In this document: one piece after another, positions 63,931 through 64,000 of the stretch
How positions within the stretch are numbered: the stretch's first letter is position 1
Layout of the letters: each line of letters opens with the position of its first letter
DNA from: Vicugna vicugna
Lineage: Eukaryota
Direction of reading: 5' to 3'
Length of the DNA stretch: 64,000 bases
Assembly (NCBI GenBank): GCA_013265495.1
Contig: MU059990.1
Coordinates: 558,001 to 622,000, forward strand
The notes under the pieces: model-generated
What the model was told of the DNA's origin: nothing
Databases searched by the model: none
Seen by the model: the letters and a program-made list of their open reading frames with translations, nothing else
Made by a program: the position numbers and the translations under genes

Positions 63931-64000
63931 CTGCTGGCCTTGGCAGGTGGTATGGAAGGCCCTGGCCACAAATCAGGGTGAAAGGAGATCCTTTCAGCTT
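63931..64000 (-). other. DGKA: DGKA distal non-coding first exon (3' part; continues beyond the window)
   Basis: Minus strand aagctgaaagg...tggccagggccttccataccacctgccaaggccagcag|gtaaag resembles the human DGKA 5'UTR segment that I recall joining to (g/a)cctacc..., i.e. the 58656 acceptor. Confidence 0.7.

Overview
Mammalian (not prokaryotic) genomic DNA. It matches the conserved gene block IKZF4(5' part)-SUOX-RAB5B-CDK2-PMEL-DGKA, known from human 12q13 and here reversed relative to the human reference. Two tRNA-derived SINEs resembling camelid Vic-1 suggest an alpaca, llama or camel source (inference). I reconstructed complete, frame-consistent GT-AG gene models by hand: SUOX (-, 546 aa), RAB5B (-, 215 aa), CDK2 (-, 298 aa plus an intact 48-aa cassette exon), PMEL (+, 636 aa) and DGKA (-, 734 aa). 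One IKZF4 coding exon and its distal CpG promoter are also present. Introns carry MIR, L2, L1, MLT1 and DNA-transposon relics, microsatellites and two N gaps. I found no evidence of a wholly new gene or system. The best leads are: a strong-Kozak alternative first exon that would add 35 aa in frame to DGKA; a CDK2 cassette exon derived from an antisense L2; PMEL differences (shorter RPT domain, Gly-to-Arg at the exon 8/9 junction, 24-nt tandem acceptor); and uORFs in SUOX and IKZF4. Orthologue comparisons are from memory, not database searches.
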